DNA of 63,322 nt, counting the filler, from Squatina squatina (taxonomy: Eukaryota), in assembly GCA_031763465.1 (NCBI GenBank). It is 3 parts of 2 records of this genome, joined end to end, with 100 filler letters (N's around TTAATTAATTAA, not from the genome) between each part and the next. Parts side by side here need not be neighbours in the genome. Positions count along the whole stretch, not along the records: positions 25,681 to 39,042 come from JARFOE010000057.1; positions 39,143 to 63,322 come from JARFOE010000001.1; 1 more part is not named here. One strand, given 5' to 3'. Of the stretch, positions 38,437 through 49,605 are shown piece after piece; position 1 is the stretch's first letter; the number at the start of each line of letters is the position of its first letter. Below the pieces are notes generated by a model. It did no database searches. It was not told the origin of the DNA and was given only the letters and a program-made list of their open reading frames with translations. Both the position numbers and the translations under genes were made by a program.

Positions 38437-38649
38437 ATGATACAAAATTCTCTCAAGCTGTTCAGATCCTTTATACCTGGCTGGAACGAGGTGAAGTGAA
38501 CCGTCGATCAGCAAACATCTTCTACTCCATGATCCAGTCAGCTAACAGCCATATTCGAAGGCTGATGAATGAAAAAGTTCTGCATGAAAAAGAGATGGAG
38601 GAAGCCAAAGAGAAGTTTAAGAATGCTCTTTCAGGGATTCTGGTTCAAC
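38437..38649 (+). CDS. ENOX2: ENOX-family next internal exon (213 nt), (D)DTKFSQAVQILYTWLERGEVNRRSANIFYSMIQSANSHIRRLMNEKVLHEKEMEEAKEKFKNALSGILVQ
   Basis: Translated by hand. Acceptor tttcttgcag, donor gtgagt, phase 1-1, splicing in frame to 36572-36805. AVQ, YSMIQ, EKFK and LSGIL are ENOX2-like. Confidence 0.9.
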
Positions 38650-39042
38650 GTGAGTAATAACTTCATTCTTCAATACTTGAAATGGCCATTAGAGATAGCA
38701 CTCGTACTTTCCACCTTTTAATATGCATCTATTTTCTTTTTGCTCCATTCAATTAAATATCCACCTTTCTATCGCGAGGAAAGTATGACCAAAATATGAG
38801 GTACACGTCATAAAACATATGTAATAATGTAGGTACTGTACTCAGACCTAGACAGAAACAGAAATCAGATGAGGTTAGCCCCACTCACCCTTGAATTGAG
38901 TTGCCATAATGCTGACTCCAGACACACCAAGCTTATAAAGATGCCCTAAAATTAAAAGATACAGTGTAATTTGGAAATATGACTCAAGCAATCCCCCTTT
39001 GTATTTCTGCCCCCTCTGTTTAGGTCTTCATGCATTACAGCC

Positions 39043-39142
39043 NNNNNNNNNNNNNNNNNNNNNNNNNNNNNNNNNNNNNNNNNNNNTTAATTAATTAANN
39101 NNNNNNNNNNNNNNNNNNNNNNNNNNNNNNNNNNNNNNNNNN
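39043..39142. other. Artificial concatenation linker N44-TTAATTAATTAA-N44
   Basis: Same structure as the first linker, with the 12-mer at 39087-39098. Confidence 0.97.
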
Positions 39143-42100
39143 TAGGGGATTTTCCCCTGTTTTCACCTGGAAAATGGGCATGAGGACCAATTTCTACCCC
39201 AAAGTGTCTCCTTTTCCAGAGCAAGTTAATAAATACCTTGGGGTAAAGTTTCCACTTTGGAATCGGAAAATTGTGCCCAAAATGCACTTGAAATTGAGTT
39301 ACAATTCAAATTTCTGCTAAAATTAATTTGCATAATCACAAATGTAAAATCTTCCATGAACCATTGTGATCAGGCAGCATAACAGAAGGTAATTATTTCT
39401 TTTTTTCTTTCCCTTGTTCTATTAAAGGGTGGTACCCTGGTGCAGTTTTATTAATACAGCTGAAAATGGGTTTATTAGCAAAAATAAGCACTTTTAATGA
39501 GAGTGTCCAGTCTTCCACCTGCGAGTAACCTTATTTTAAATCACTGAAAATGACTTCAAAAAACTGTTCTGAATCATTTAATAGTTTAATTGCTGTACAC
39601 TAATTAGTTTCTGAGTAAATTAATTATTTTTGATTTTAAAATCTTTTAAAACGTGCCTACTAGTGCCTATGTGCCTAAGGAAATGAGTGCAATTTGAAGA
39701 GCCTTCCTGAACCTACCCAATTGGCGGAATCTTGCAATCTTGATCTGGGGTTGTGACCATTTTTGTGGGCTGGGCCTGATCCAGATAAAGTGAATCTTGA
39801 ACCAGTGTAAAAGATGACGGAAAATATGAACCTAAGTGGTTTTGGTGAAACTCCTGCTTCAAATTCCCCGGCCCTTGCACTTGTTTGGCTGATTCTGCCC
39901 AGATTGCGCTGATATTACTGGCATAAACAAGTGGAAACTCTATCCCAAAGTACAGGGCATGAAACATTTCAAAGTAGATGCATTTACTTATCAGAATGTA
40001 ATGATTTCAGCAGTAACGTGGTTAATCGTTCTATAACATTAATGTATTCAGCTAGTTTGCTTTTATTGGTTTGTCAGAAAGTAGGTTTCTGCCAGAAATC
40101 AATACTTATTAAGATGATTGCCTGAGGGGATTTTAGTAACAACTCTCACAAATTTCCCGAATGAGACAGCTGCATAAATGAAATTACTTTAAATCATATC
40201 TCAATTTTTACGACAGCTCAAATAAAGGGGACATTTCAAAATCCACACCATAACTACTGTAGTGCACATAGTAACAGAGACAACTGTTCAGACATCATTA
40301 GCAAGTAAAGCATGGCCTTTAAGTCATAGGGACTGACAGGAAGCTTTATCCCTGCAACGGTTATCAGCACCATTGCTCTCTGGACACCAATATGGCTGAG
40401 TGTTGATGTTGTAACTCCTATTGTCTTCAAGTTCTATGTCCCCAAATTTACTCAGTCCCATCTCTGGAGTCTCCTCTGCTCCCAGTCCAACTTTTCTTCT
40501 CCTTGAAAATTGCTCATTTTCATCTTATTCCCATCAAACAGATCTCTTACCCTTTAAATTGCCCNNNNNNNNNNNNNNNNNNNNNNNNNNNNNNNNNNNN
40601 NNNNNNNNNNNNNNNNNNNNNNNNNNNNNNNNNNNNNNNNNNNNNNNNNNNNNNNNNNNNNNNNTCTTTAAGATAGTGAAAGCTCAGATGAAACCAAAGA
40701 GAAGTCAGCAGTGATTCAGAGTGAGGCTTTAAACTGAAAAGACACACGATTTGATTGAAATGGAGCTGCAAGACAAAGTTACAATGAAGCCCAGTTCCAG
40801 AGCTTTCTATAATGCGAAAAGTTCAGAGTAGAGGTGTGTCAATGCCCAAAAAATGGGGCGTTGACAACACTAAAGTTAAGGCATTATAGCCTTGTTGAAT
40901 TCTAGGGCTTTACTCCTATTTTGGGGGTTGCGCCCACTGATGACGTCATCGGGACTCTCTAACGCTGAAACTCGCAATTGTGTCCTAAACCCATTAACGC
41001 CCATTTAGCGCCAGTGTTAACGGTTAGTCAAATTTCGCACCAAAAAGCTTAACACTATAAGTTGGCATTAGCACTTTGCGCCCATTTAAAGCCATTTTAA
41101 CGCCTAAATAAAATGACCAATTGGGTGCCCAAAGAAATTAAAAAGTGAGCTGTAGTTACATGTTACTGACCAGGATACCGAAAGATAAAAATATCCCGAT
41201 CAAACTATGAGCAATTCAAGAGGTTGACGCACTTAAATGGTAGAAAGACATTGCTCGCTTGCAATGTGATGGGCACAAAGTGATTTACAGGCCATGGTTG
41301 ATGTAATGTAAAACCTCACCAACACTTGGACCATTTTTGTAATGGTAATAATTACACACCAGAAGTATCTTATTGTAGATAATGCTCATTTGTAAAGAAA
41401 AGGGAATAGATCTTTCCTGGCATTCTGTCGATTAGCAAAGAGAACAATTGACATTTATTGGCACTTTTAAATCTTCAGAGAATTCTATGCCTTAACGAAC
41501 ATAATTTAATTAAAAATGCATTCTCAGCCTTTGAACATTTTAACTTTATTTCACTTTCCCTGATTTAACACCATGATTAGGCAAAATAATCAATACAAAC
41601 CTGTTTTACATTTTATAAAGTGTTTATCAAGCTATTTAGTATTGCAACCGAACACCCATCTCAAAATGCATTACTGCCGATTGTAGCTACCAGTAGTTCA
41701 ATACTGATAACAGGCTAATCTGTGTTACCTTGTAAATCATAATTAGCAGAACATACAAATAGCCTTAAATATTACTGGGACATTAACTTTAAAATTCAAT
41801 TTGTTCTACCACCTTATCTGTCTTTAATAATTAAATCAAAAACTAGTCCACCAATATTGTTCTAAGATCAGCTGCTAACCATATTATTGAGCGATACTGT
41901 TTTTGGCTGTCATTTCCTTTTCATTCTTAACAATATACATAATAGTTTTGATGTCTAGATTCCCAGGCTTTTTATTGAATTACAATCCACATTTCAACCA
42001 AGAAATTACTGTTTGTGATATTTGTATACAAACACACAGGGCCTGAAATTTGGCAGGGTGCAAAATACCNNNNNNNNNNNNNNNNNNNNNNNNNNNNNNN

Positions 42101-42169
42101 NNNNNNNNNNNNNNNNNNNNNNNNNNNNNNNNNNNNNNNNNNNNNNNNNNNNNNNNNNNNNNNNNNNNN

Positions 42170-42316
42170 GCAAACTTGGAAATATTACATTTGGTCCCCT
42201 CATCCAAATCATTGATATAGATTGTGAATAGCTGGGGCCCAAGCACAGATCCCTGTGGTACCCCACTAGTCACAGCCTGCCATCCTGAAAATGATCCGTT
42301 TATTCCTACTCTCTGT
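42170..42316 (-). mobile_element. CR1 LINE reverse transcriptase fragment
   Basis: [40 protein letters not shown]. Confidence 0.92.
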
Positions 42317-43054
42317 CGCAATAGCAAATCTACAAGAGTAATCAAGTTCTTTGCTGCCTTCCTCTATCCCACCGAGAAATACATGCTTGTCTCTGACAGC
42401 CGAGCAGAATTGCAGAACTTGCCATTTAGAGAATAACAATTAAAACATGTATCCATCATTCTGGTACAGTGTGTTTGAACTATACAGCAGTTTATTGAAA
42501 TATTAAATTCTGTCTCCATGAACTTGGCTGGGAAAGCAGCTTATTTAATTATGGACGATTGTGTCATTTGTCCCCAGTTTTGATTTTCTTCTATGTGGTT
42601 GTACACAAAGAGAAGAAATAACAATCTGTGTTTAAAGTGTATGAGATATAATTAAAAACCTGTTTTGTTTTTTTTAAATTCGTATTTCCATTTCAAAATT
42701 AAAAAAACAATTGATACTATAATTTGTTTAATTTATTGCTGTCTTGTATGGAACTTTCACTATACCTAGTTGATGATGTTGAACCTTACAACAATTATAC
42801 CTATTCAAGATCAATAACAAATTACTCACAACTCCCCATTAACAAACTTAGTTTCTGAACAAATCAGTTCCAGTGGGTGAAGCCCTATTATTCAAGATTG
42901 TTATAACTGATAAGATACTACAGAATAACCCTTAAGAGATGAATGAGTTATTAGTCCCCAAGCTCAATTAGTGTTCAGAGAGAAGGGTGATTTTGAGCTT
43001 TGGAATTTAACATGTTTACTGAAGTGCAACAATATATAATGATTAATTCCCCCA

Positions 43055-43335
43055 CATAGAATTTACAGCACAAAAACTGACCATTCAGTCCAAGTGCTCT
43101 GTGCCGAGGTTTATGCTTCACACCAGCCTCCTCCCACCTTACTTCATATAACCGTAGCTGCACATCCTTCTACTTCTTTTTCCCTCATCTAGCTTCTCTT
43201 TAAATGCATAGTTGCTATTTGCCTCAACCCCATTACTTGATAGCAAGTTCCACATTCTAGCAACTCCTTGGATAAAGAAGTTTCTCATGAAATTTTGCTC
43301 AGATTTATTAGTGACTATCTTATATTTATGGCCCC
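43055..43335 (-). mobile_element. Older CR1-family 3' end
   Basis: Starts CATAGAATTTACAGCACA...CCATTCAGTCCAA; contains a WNxL-type ORF2 C-terminal remnant (GCAAGTTCCACATTC). Confidence 0.7.
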
Positions 43336-43562
43336 TAAAAACATAGAAGAGTTCTTGAAGGTCATTACTGCTCTCAGGAAAAATTGTATAAATAAAGATT
43401 GCAACAAGCTGAAGCAGGGCCAGGACTCAGAGTTCAATTAGACATGCAGACCAGAGCTTAAAACAAGTGCGGTTTATTCACCCATAACAGTTGTGTATTT
43501 AAGTACAGTGATGAACAAGACAGTAACAGGGGTTATTTTGCAGTCTACTTAAGACCATACTA

Positions 43563-43718
43563 CCATAAGAAATAGGAGCAGGAGTAGGCCACTCGGCCCC
43601 TCGAGCCTGCTCCGCCATTCAATAAGGTCATGGCTGATCTGACATTCCTCAAGTTCACTTTCCTGCCCCTTCCCCATAACCCTTGATTCCCTTACTGATT
43701 AAAAATCTATCTATCTCA
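43563..43718 (-). mobile_element. CR1-type 3' terminus
   Basis: CATAAGAAATAGGAGCAGGAGTAGGCC...CATGGCTGATC, the reverse complement of a CR1 tail. Confidence 0.88.
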
Positions 43719-45119
43719 NNNNNNNNNNNNNNNNNNNNNNNNNNNNNNNNNNNNNNNNNNNNNNNNNNNNNNNNNNNNNNNNNNNNNNNNNNNNNNNNNN
43801 NNNNNNNNNNNNNNNNNNTTTCGAACACATTTAATTCCCAGGTTGTGCTGTGTTAGCTAATCTCAATGAGGGAAACAATTGAGGTGGTTCAGTCAGTTGG
43901 GGAGGGGAAAGGGAAACAGGCAGGGTTCCCACTCCTGATGGCTTCACACTCAAATGGTTTGCAGATGCTCATTGCTTGGGTGAAGTACCAGACGAAAGTA
44001 TCAGTTAGTGCATCAGGCTTCAGGAAAAGAATGGTGAAAATATTTTTTTTAAAAAGAAAGTGTCAGTTTGTATTTTCAATTCAAATTGCAACTGACTTAC
44101 AAAAATCTTACACAGTCTGATTTTATCCTATGGTAATCAAAGGGGAGATAAGTAATAGACACTGGCTGTATCCCCAAAGGCAATATATCACATACACTAA
44201 AATAACCTACCACCTACTGTCTTGCTTTATCATGAATTGACAATGCTAGCATACTTGGCGCAGAGCACATATCTGTGTTCAGGACCAGGAGAGGTAAAGG
44301 GTGAATGACTTGTGAATGTGTGCTTGGAATGTCAAACTTAATCAAGCTGACCTGATCTCTAACTGTAGCATATCAGTTAAAAACAGCAATCCTTAACACA
44401 TCTTGCTAGCTCTTTTTTAAATCTGCACTTTTCAAGCTATATTGTTACATGTTGTGGTTCAAAATATTCATTAAATTTTCTGTCACGGGTAAGACTTCTG
44501 CCAAGACCGTAAATGCTGAGAATGTATTTGAGTGAGGTCAAGGAGCATCCCTGGGAGAGCTTCCCTAATGACTAAGTCACACTAAGTGCGTTTAATTATT
44601 TATTGGGATTACAAAACTAGAAGAAATTGCAACACTCGGAGAGAATGGGCTGCTTTGTGAATGGGATGTAAAAACACTTTCTGAATCTCAATTGACATTT
44701 TACACAAATCAGCAGTGACAAGAGCTTAGCAGTGTGCAGTGTTGCCTGAATGTGGACAAATGGAAACTTAAAGGCCCCTAACCCACAATAAATCATTCAC
44801 AGCTATCAGAAGGTATTGTATGGCAATGATATAAAACCAATGGCAAAGAAAATGATCTTATTATAAGGGAATACTCTTTGAAAAGAAACCACAACTTTAT
44901 AGATGAGTAAATGTGCACTCATTTATTTGACAGAACATCTGTATCCCAACAGCAGACAAAAAAGGCAGATCTTAATGTTAGAATTGTAGAAAAAATTGAA
45001 GTCCAATAACAAGCAGTAAATAGCAGGCCCAGTGCAGTTCAAAATGGGTTTCAGACAAAATCAATGGGGATTAATGGCGAGGGCCTCTACCACTCACCTG
45101 TCCTAACTTCAACAACAAC

Positions 45120-45237
45120 AGGAGGCCATGGAGGGATTTGAACACAAAAGTGAAAAGTTTAAAATGGAGCAATTCAGGGACCGGGAGCCAATGTAGGTCA
45201 GCGTGAGCAGTGTGGGGGAGGAGAAGGTGGGGGGCAG
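45120..45237 (-). mobile_element. L2 LINE 3' ORF2 fragment
   Basis: Minus strand reads DLHWLPVP...FKL...FKSLHGL, the L2 LHWLP motif. Confidence 0.8.
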
Positions 45238-46916
45238 NNNNNNNNNNNNNNNNNNNNNNNNNNNNNNNNNNNNNNNNNNNNNNNNNNNNNNNNNNNNNNN
45301 NNNNNNNNNNNNNNNNNNNNNNNNNNNNNNNNNNNNNTTATATTTTCACAACTATTTTCAGATTGCATCTGATAAAGTTGAGACACGAGAATAGTCATTG
45401 AAATGCACATCTGCTCAATACTCCTTAGATCCTTAAATTGTTTCCTAATTCTGTTTTCTCTTAATGGGTCTGGCGAAATTCCCCTTTTAACAAATATTGA
45501 GAAAATATGTTTTTTTCTTGTGCAATTAAGGACAAACTTGCAGCAATGCGTAACTTTGAAATATATGATTTGTGAATGTGATTTAATTAGTGTGTTATTA
45601 GTTATAGAGAAAAACAAAAGAGCTCTCTCATTTTTGCCAAAAGAGGAATTTCACCCCGAGTCAGAATGCTGTTGCAAGCCTTTATACTGCAAAGATCATT
45701 TTAGGTACAGTGTGCCAAAACCTTAAGACAGTGTTTGCCACTTTGTCGGTTATTTAAAATGAAATGTGAATGAACCAAAATCTAAAAACAAACAAACACA
45801 AGTGGAATGCTTCTTTAGAAGCAGATTTAGATTTATACCCTTTTGTATTAAATCAGTTGTAAAAATGCACACCACTATGCTAAGAATAATATTGCATTTG
45901 TTGATCTAAGCGACTGAACTGAATTTTAGCAAGCTGTTATTTATCATACTTTAAAAACTACAAAAGCTCCATTCACTGTGTGCCAAACACAACTTCACAT
46001 CCTTCCACAAATATCAAGAGTTCTTAAAGTCTCTGAGAGGTTTCACCTGGTGCCAAGTTTTGATTTTCTAAATTAAGACATACAGATCCTGGTTTCAGCA
46101 ATCTTAAATAGTACCCCTATAAAGCTGATTGAGTAGTTTACCTTCCAAACCAAGAGGATGTTCATACATCAAATTGTTTGTTTATGGCATGAGAGAATGT
46201 TGGCAGGTAGCCAAGTAACGCCCAGGGTAACCACTAGAGCTGAAATGTCACAGCCACTGATCATTTTACCTTACCCTTGCAGGACCTGAGTAGTTTCTTT
46301 GTGGGGTTTGTTCTGTGTAATATTAGTTCATGGCATATCAGGAGAGACTTTCTAATAACAGGCTACTGATGGAGTTGGAATTGAGCACTTTGAGGAGCTG
46401 CTACTTAATTATAGTGTAAAGTGATGTGACCCCAATGCATATCATGGGTTTGTGCTTTTCCTTCTCTTGATAAACAATTTTAATCTTCAACTTCCAAGTA
46501 GTCATTTAAATTTCCCATCTATTTATCAAACAAGATTCTTGTTAAAATCATAGTTTTCCTGTTTAATGTTCTGAGGATACTGCAATTATACATATCTTTC
46601 TTTTGAAGTCGATCAGTTTATGAGACCAGACAGTACGTATGAAAAACAATGTTGGAGAAAGGACTGTGACAGCTAACAGCTAACCAGATCCATTAACTCG
46701 ATAAAGCTTGGTTTGCAAACTATCAGGTTCAATTTACACAACAAAAATAGTGGGGGAAAAAAAGCTTAAAATTACTGCCTCAGTATAACGTACTTCAGTT
46801 CACTAATATATCTGCTNNNNNNNNNNNNNNNNNNNNNNNNNNNNNNNNNNNNNNNNNNNNNNNNNNNNNNNNNNNNNNNNNNNNNNNNNNNNNNNNNNNN
46901 NNNNNNNNNNNNNNNN

Positions 46917-47030
46917 AGAAAGCAGGCACGGGGTACTGAGTTGAAAGATCAGCCATGATCGTGTTGAATGGCGGTGCAGGCTCGAAGGGCCGAGTGGCCT
47001 AATCCTGCACCTATTTTCTATGTTTCCATG
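46917..47030 (+). mobile_element. CR1-type 3' terminus
   Basis: GATCAGCCATGATCGTGTTGAATGGCGGTGCAGGCTCGAAGGGCC...TTTTCTATG. Confidence 0.88.
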
Positions 47031-47868
47031 TAACACAGGGCGCGAGCTCCAGCGTTGATGACCAAAATGGCAGCGCTGGTGTTAAATCAGCATTGTACGC
47101 TAATTGACGTCATGATCTGTGCACTCTTCATACTTTCGGCGTACGCTCCTAATGTCCGCCCTACTGCCCTCACCTAAATGGCATCTGGACAAAATGGCGG
47201 GACAAAACAATACCTGTCGCACCGAAAAATCGGCCACTACGGAGCAGAATTTTCTGGAAGACACCTCCTACAATGCACTGAAATTCCAGCTTAGATATTT
47301 GTGCTTGTGTCTTGGATTGGTGCATCAACTTCCAAATTTTAGGCTCAGATGAAATGCTGCCACTGAGCCAGGCTGACAAAATAGCATCATAGGGAAAATC
47401 ACAGCTCAATTACAGTTCATTCTGTGCAGTGGGCACTACCCAGCTGAGGATCTGATTCCATTTCCTGAAGCTAAAAACCAATAGACACTTAAAATTCAAT
47501 CGACTGGATTCTGTTTCAGATAATGGGTTGGATTACCATGGCTACTAAGAGCCAAAGGTAATAAAAACCAGCACTTTACAACTGAACTCTTTAGATATCT
47601 TTCAAAATACCAATTGTGGCAACAAACCAATGTTTGGGTAAGTAGTGCACAAACTGATTCACTGATGTGCTATATAGTCAGGATTTATTCTGATTTTATT
47701 AAATATTATCAGTTGTATAGGATGCTATTTTGGAGATGTTAGCTTTTCTCATTTAATTTTGCACATCTACATATTTTATGTCTTTCTTTTCTCAAAGGAT
47801 TGTTATTTGACAAAACTTTAAATGCTAGAATGGAAAACGCAGCTGTTATTGGTCTTAAAACAGTCATT

Positions 47869-48462
47869 GGCCCTAAAATTGCGGTCGGAGGCTTCCCACG
47901 GGCAGAAGTCTCCGACCTGCAAAGAATTACGAAAGTACCTGCTGGTCCGGGGGTTTTGCAGATTCTGGTCCTGGGCCTCCTCACGAAGGCCCACGTATCC
48001 CAGCAGTGTATGCGCTTCACAAGCGTCCCTGGTATCACATGGGTGGGCCTAACCAATCAAGGTAAGGGTATTCCCATTCATACTTATGGTGATTCCAATC
48101 ACTATAAGTATGAATGGGAATACCCCAAGAACACACAAACACAATTTAATAAATGAAAAAAAAGTTTACATATTTAAAATGAATTAAAATGCAATTTAAT
48201 TAAATATTTTGTACAAAAATCGATTGTTTTGAATTTTTTCAAATATGTTTCAACATGCCTAAAAATAAACTTACCTTAATGGACAAGGTTATTAATGTAT
48301 GAATAAGTGATAAAATTACATTTTTCTATTTTTTTAAACTCTTGCAATGGTAAAATCAGGCCTGTACACCTGCTTTTACCAGTGTAAGAACTTGAAGGAC
48401 ATTCGCTGGTCAGGAGTTGAGCAAATAGCCCAACTCGCTGCCCGCAGACGCTCTTTTCTTCT
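47869..48462. mobile_element. MITE-like element with a long internal palindrome, cut by a gap
   Basis: Starts GGCCCTAAAATT; 29-bp-arm hairpin at 48066-48125. Confidence 0.65.
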
Positions 48463-48562
48463 NNNNNNNNNNNNNNNNNNNNNNNNNNNNNNNNNNNNNN
48501 NNNNNNNNNNNNNNNNNNNNNNNNNNNNNNNNNNNNNNNNNNNNNNNNNNNNNNNNNNNNNN

Positions 48563-49605
48563 CAGAATGGCAGGCAGTGACTAGTGGGGTGCCGCAAGGC
48601 TCAGTGCTGGGACCCCAGTTATTTACAATATATATTAATTATTTAGACGAAGGAATTGAATGTAAAATCTCCTGGTTTGCGGATGACACACTGCTGGGTG
48701 GCAGTTTTAGCTGCGAGGAGGATGTTATGAGGCTGCAGGATGACTTGGATTGGTAAGTTGAGTGGGCAGGTACAGGGCAGATGCATTATAATGTGGATAA
48801 ATGTGAGTTTATCTACGTTGGTGGAAATAACAAAATGGCAGTTTGTTATTTGAATGGTGAAGGATTAGTAAAAGGGGAGGTGCAACGAGACCTGGGAGTG
48901 ATTGGACATCAGTCGCAGACAGTATGTTTGCAGGTACTGCAGGCAGTGAAGAAAGCAAATGGCATGTTGGCATTCATAGCGAGAAGATTTGAGTTTCGGA
49001 GCAGGGAGGTCCTACTGCAGTTGAACAGCGCCTTGGTGAGACTGCATCTGGAGTATTGTGTGCAGTTTTGGTCTCCTTATCTGAGGAAGGACAATCTTGC
49101 TATTGAATGAGTGCAGCGAAGCTTCACCAGATTGATTCCCGGCATGGCAGTTCTGACATATGAAGAAAGAATGGATCGAAAAGCCTTATACTCACTGGAA
49201 TTTCGAAGAATGAGAGGGGATCTTTTCGAAACGTGTAAAATTCTTAAGGGATTTAAGATTCGGGAAGAATGTTCCCGATGTTGAGGACGTCCAGAACCAG
49301 GGGTCACAGTTTGAGGATTAGGGGAAGCCATTTAGGACCGAGATGAGGAAAAACTGTTTCACCCAGATCGAGGTGAACCTGTGGAATTCTCGACCACAGG
49401 AAGCTTTTGAGGCCAGTTCATTAGCTATATTCAAAAGGGAGTTAGATTTTGCCCTTTCTACAAGGGGGATCAGGGGGTATGGAGAGAAAGCAGGTAGGGG
49501 GTGCTGAGTTGGAAGATCAGCCATGATCGTGTTGAATGGCGGTGCAAGCTCGAAGGGCTGAATGGCCTTCTCCTGCATCTATTTTCTATGCGTCTATATT
49601 TCTAT
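48563..49605 (+). mobile_element. CR1 LINE 3' part (reverse transcriptase to 3' tail), degenerate
   Basis: [15 protein letters not shown] and LEYCVQFWSPYLRKD motifs, followed by the 3' tail GGCTGAATGGCC...TTTTCTATG. Confidence 0.94.
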
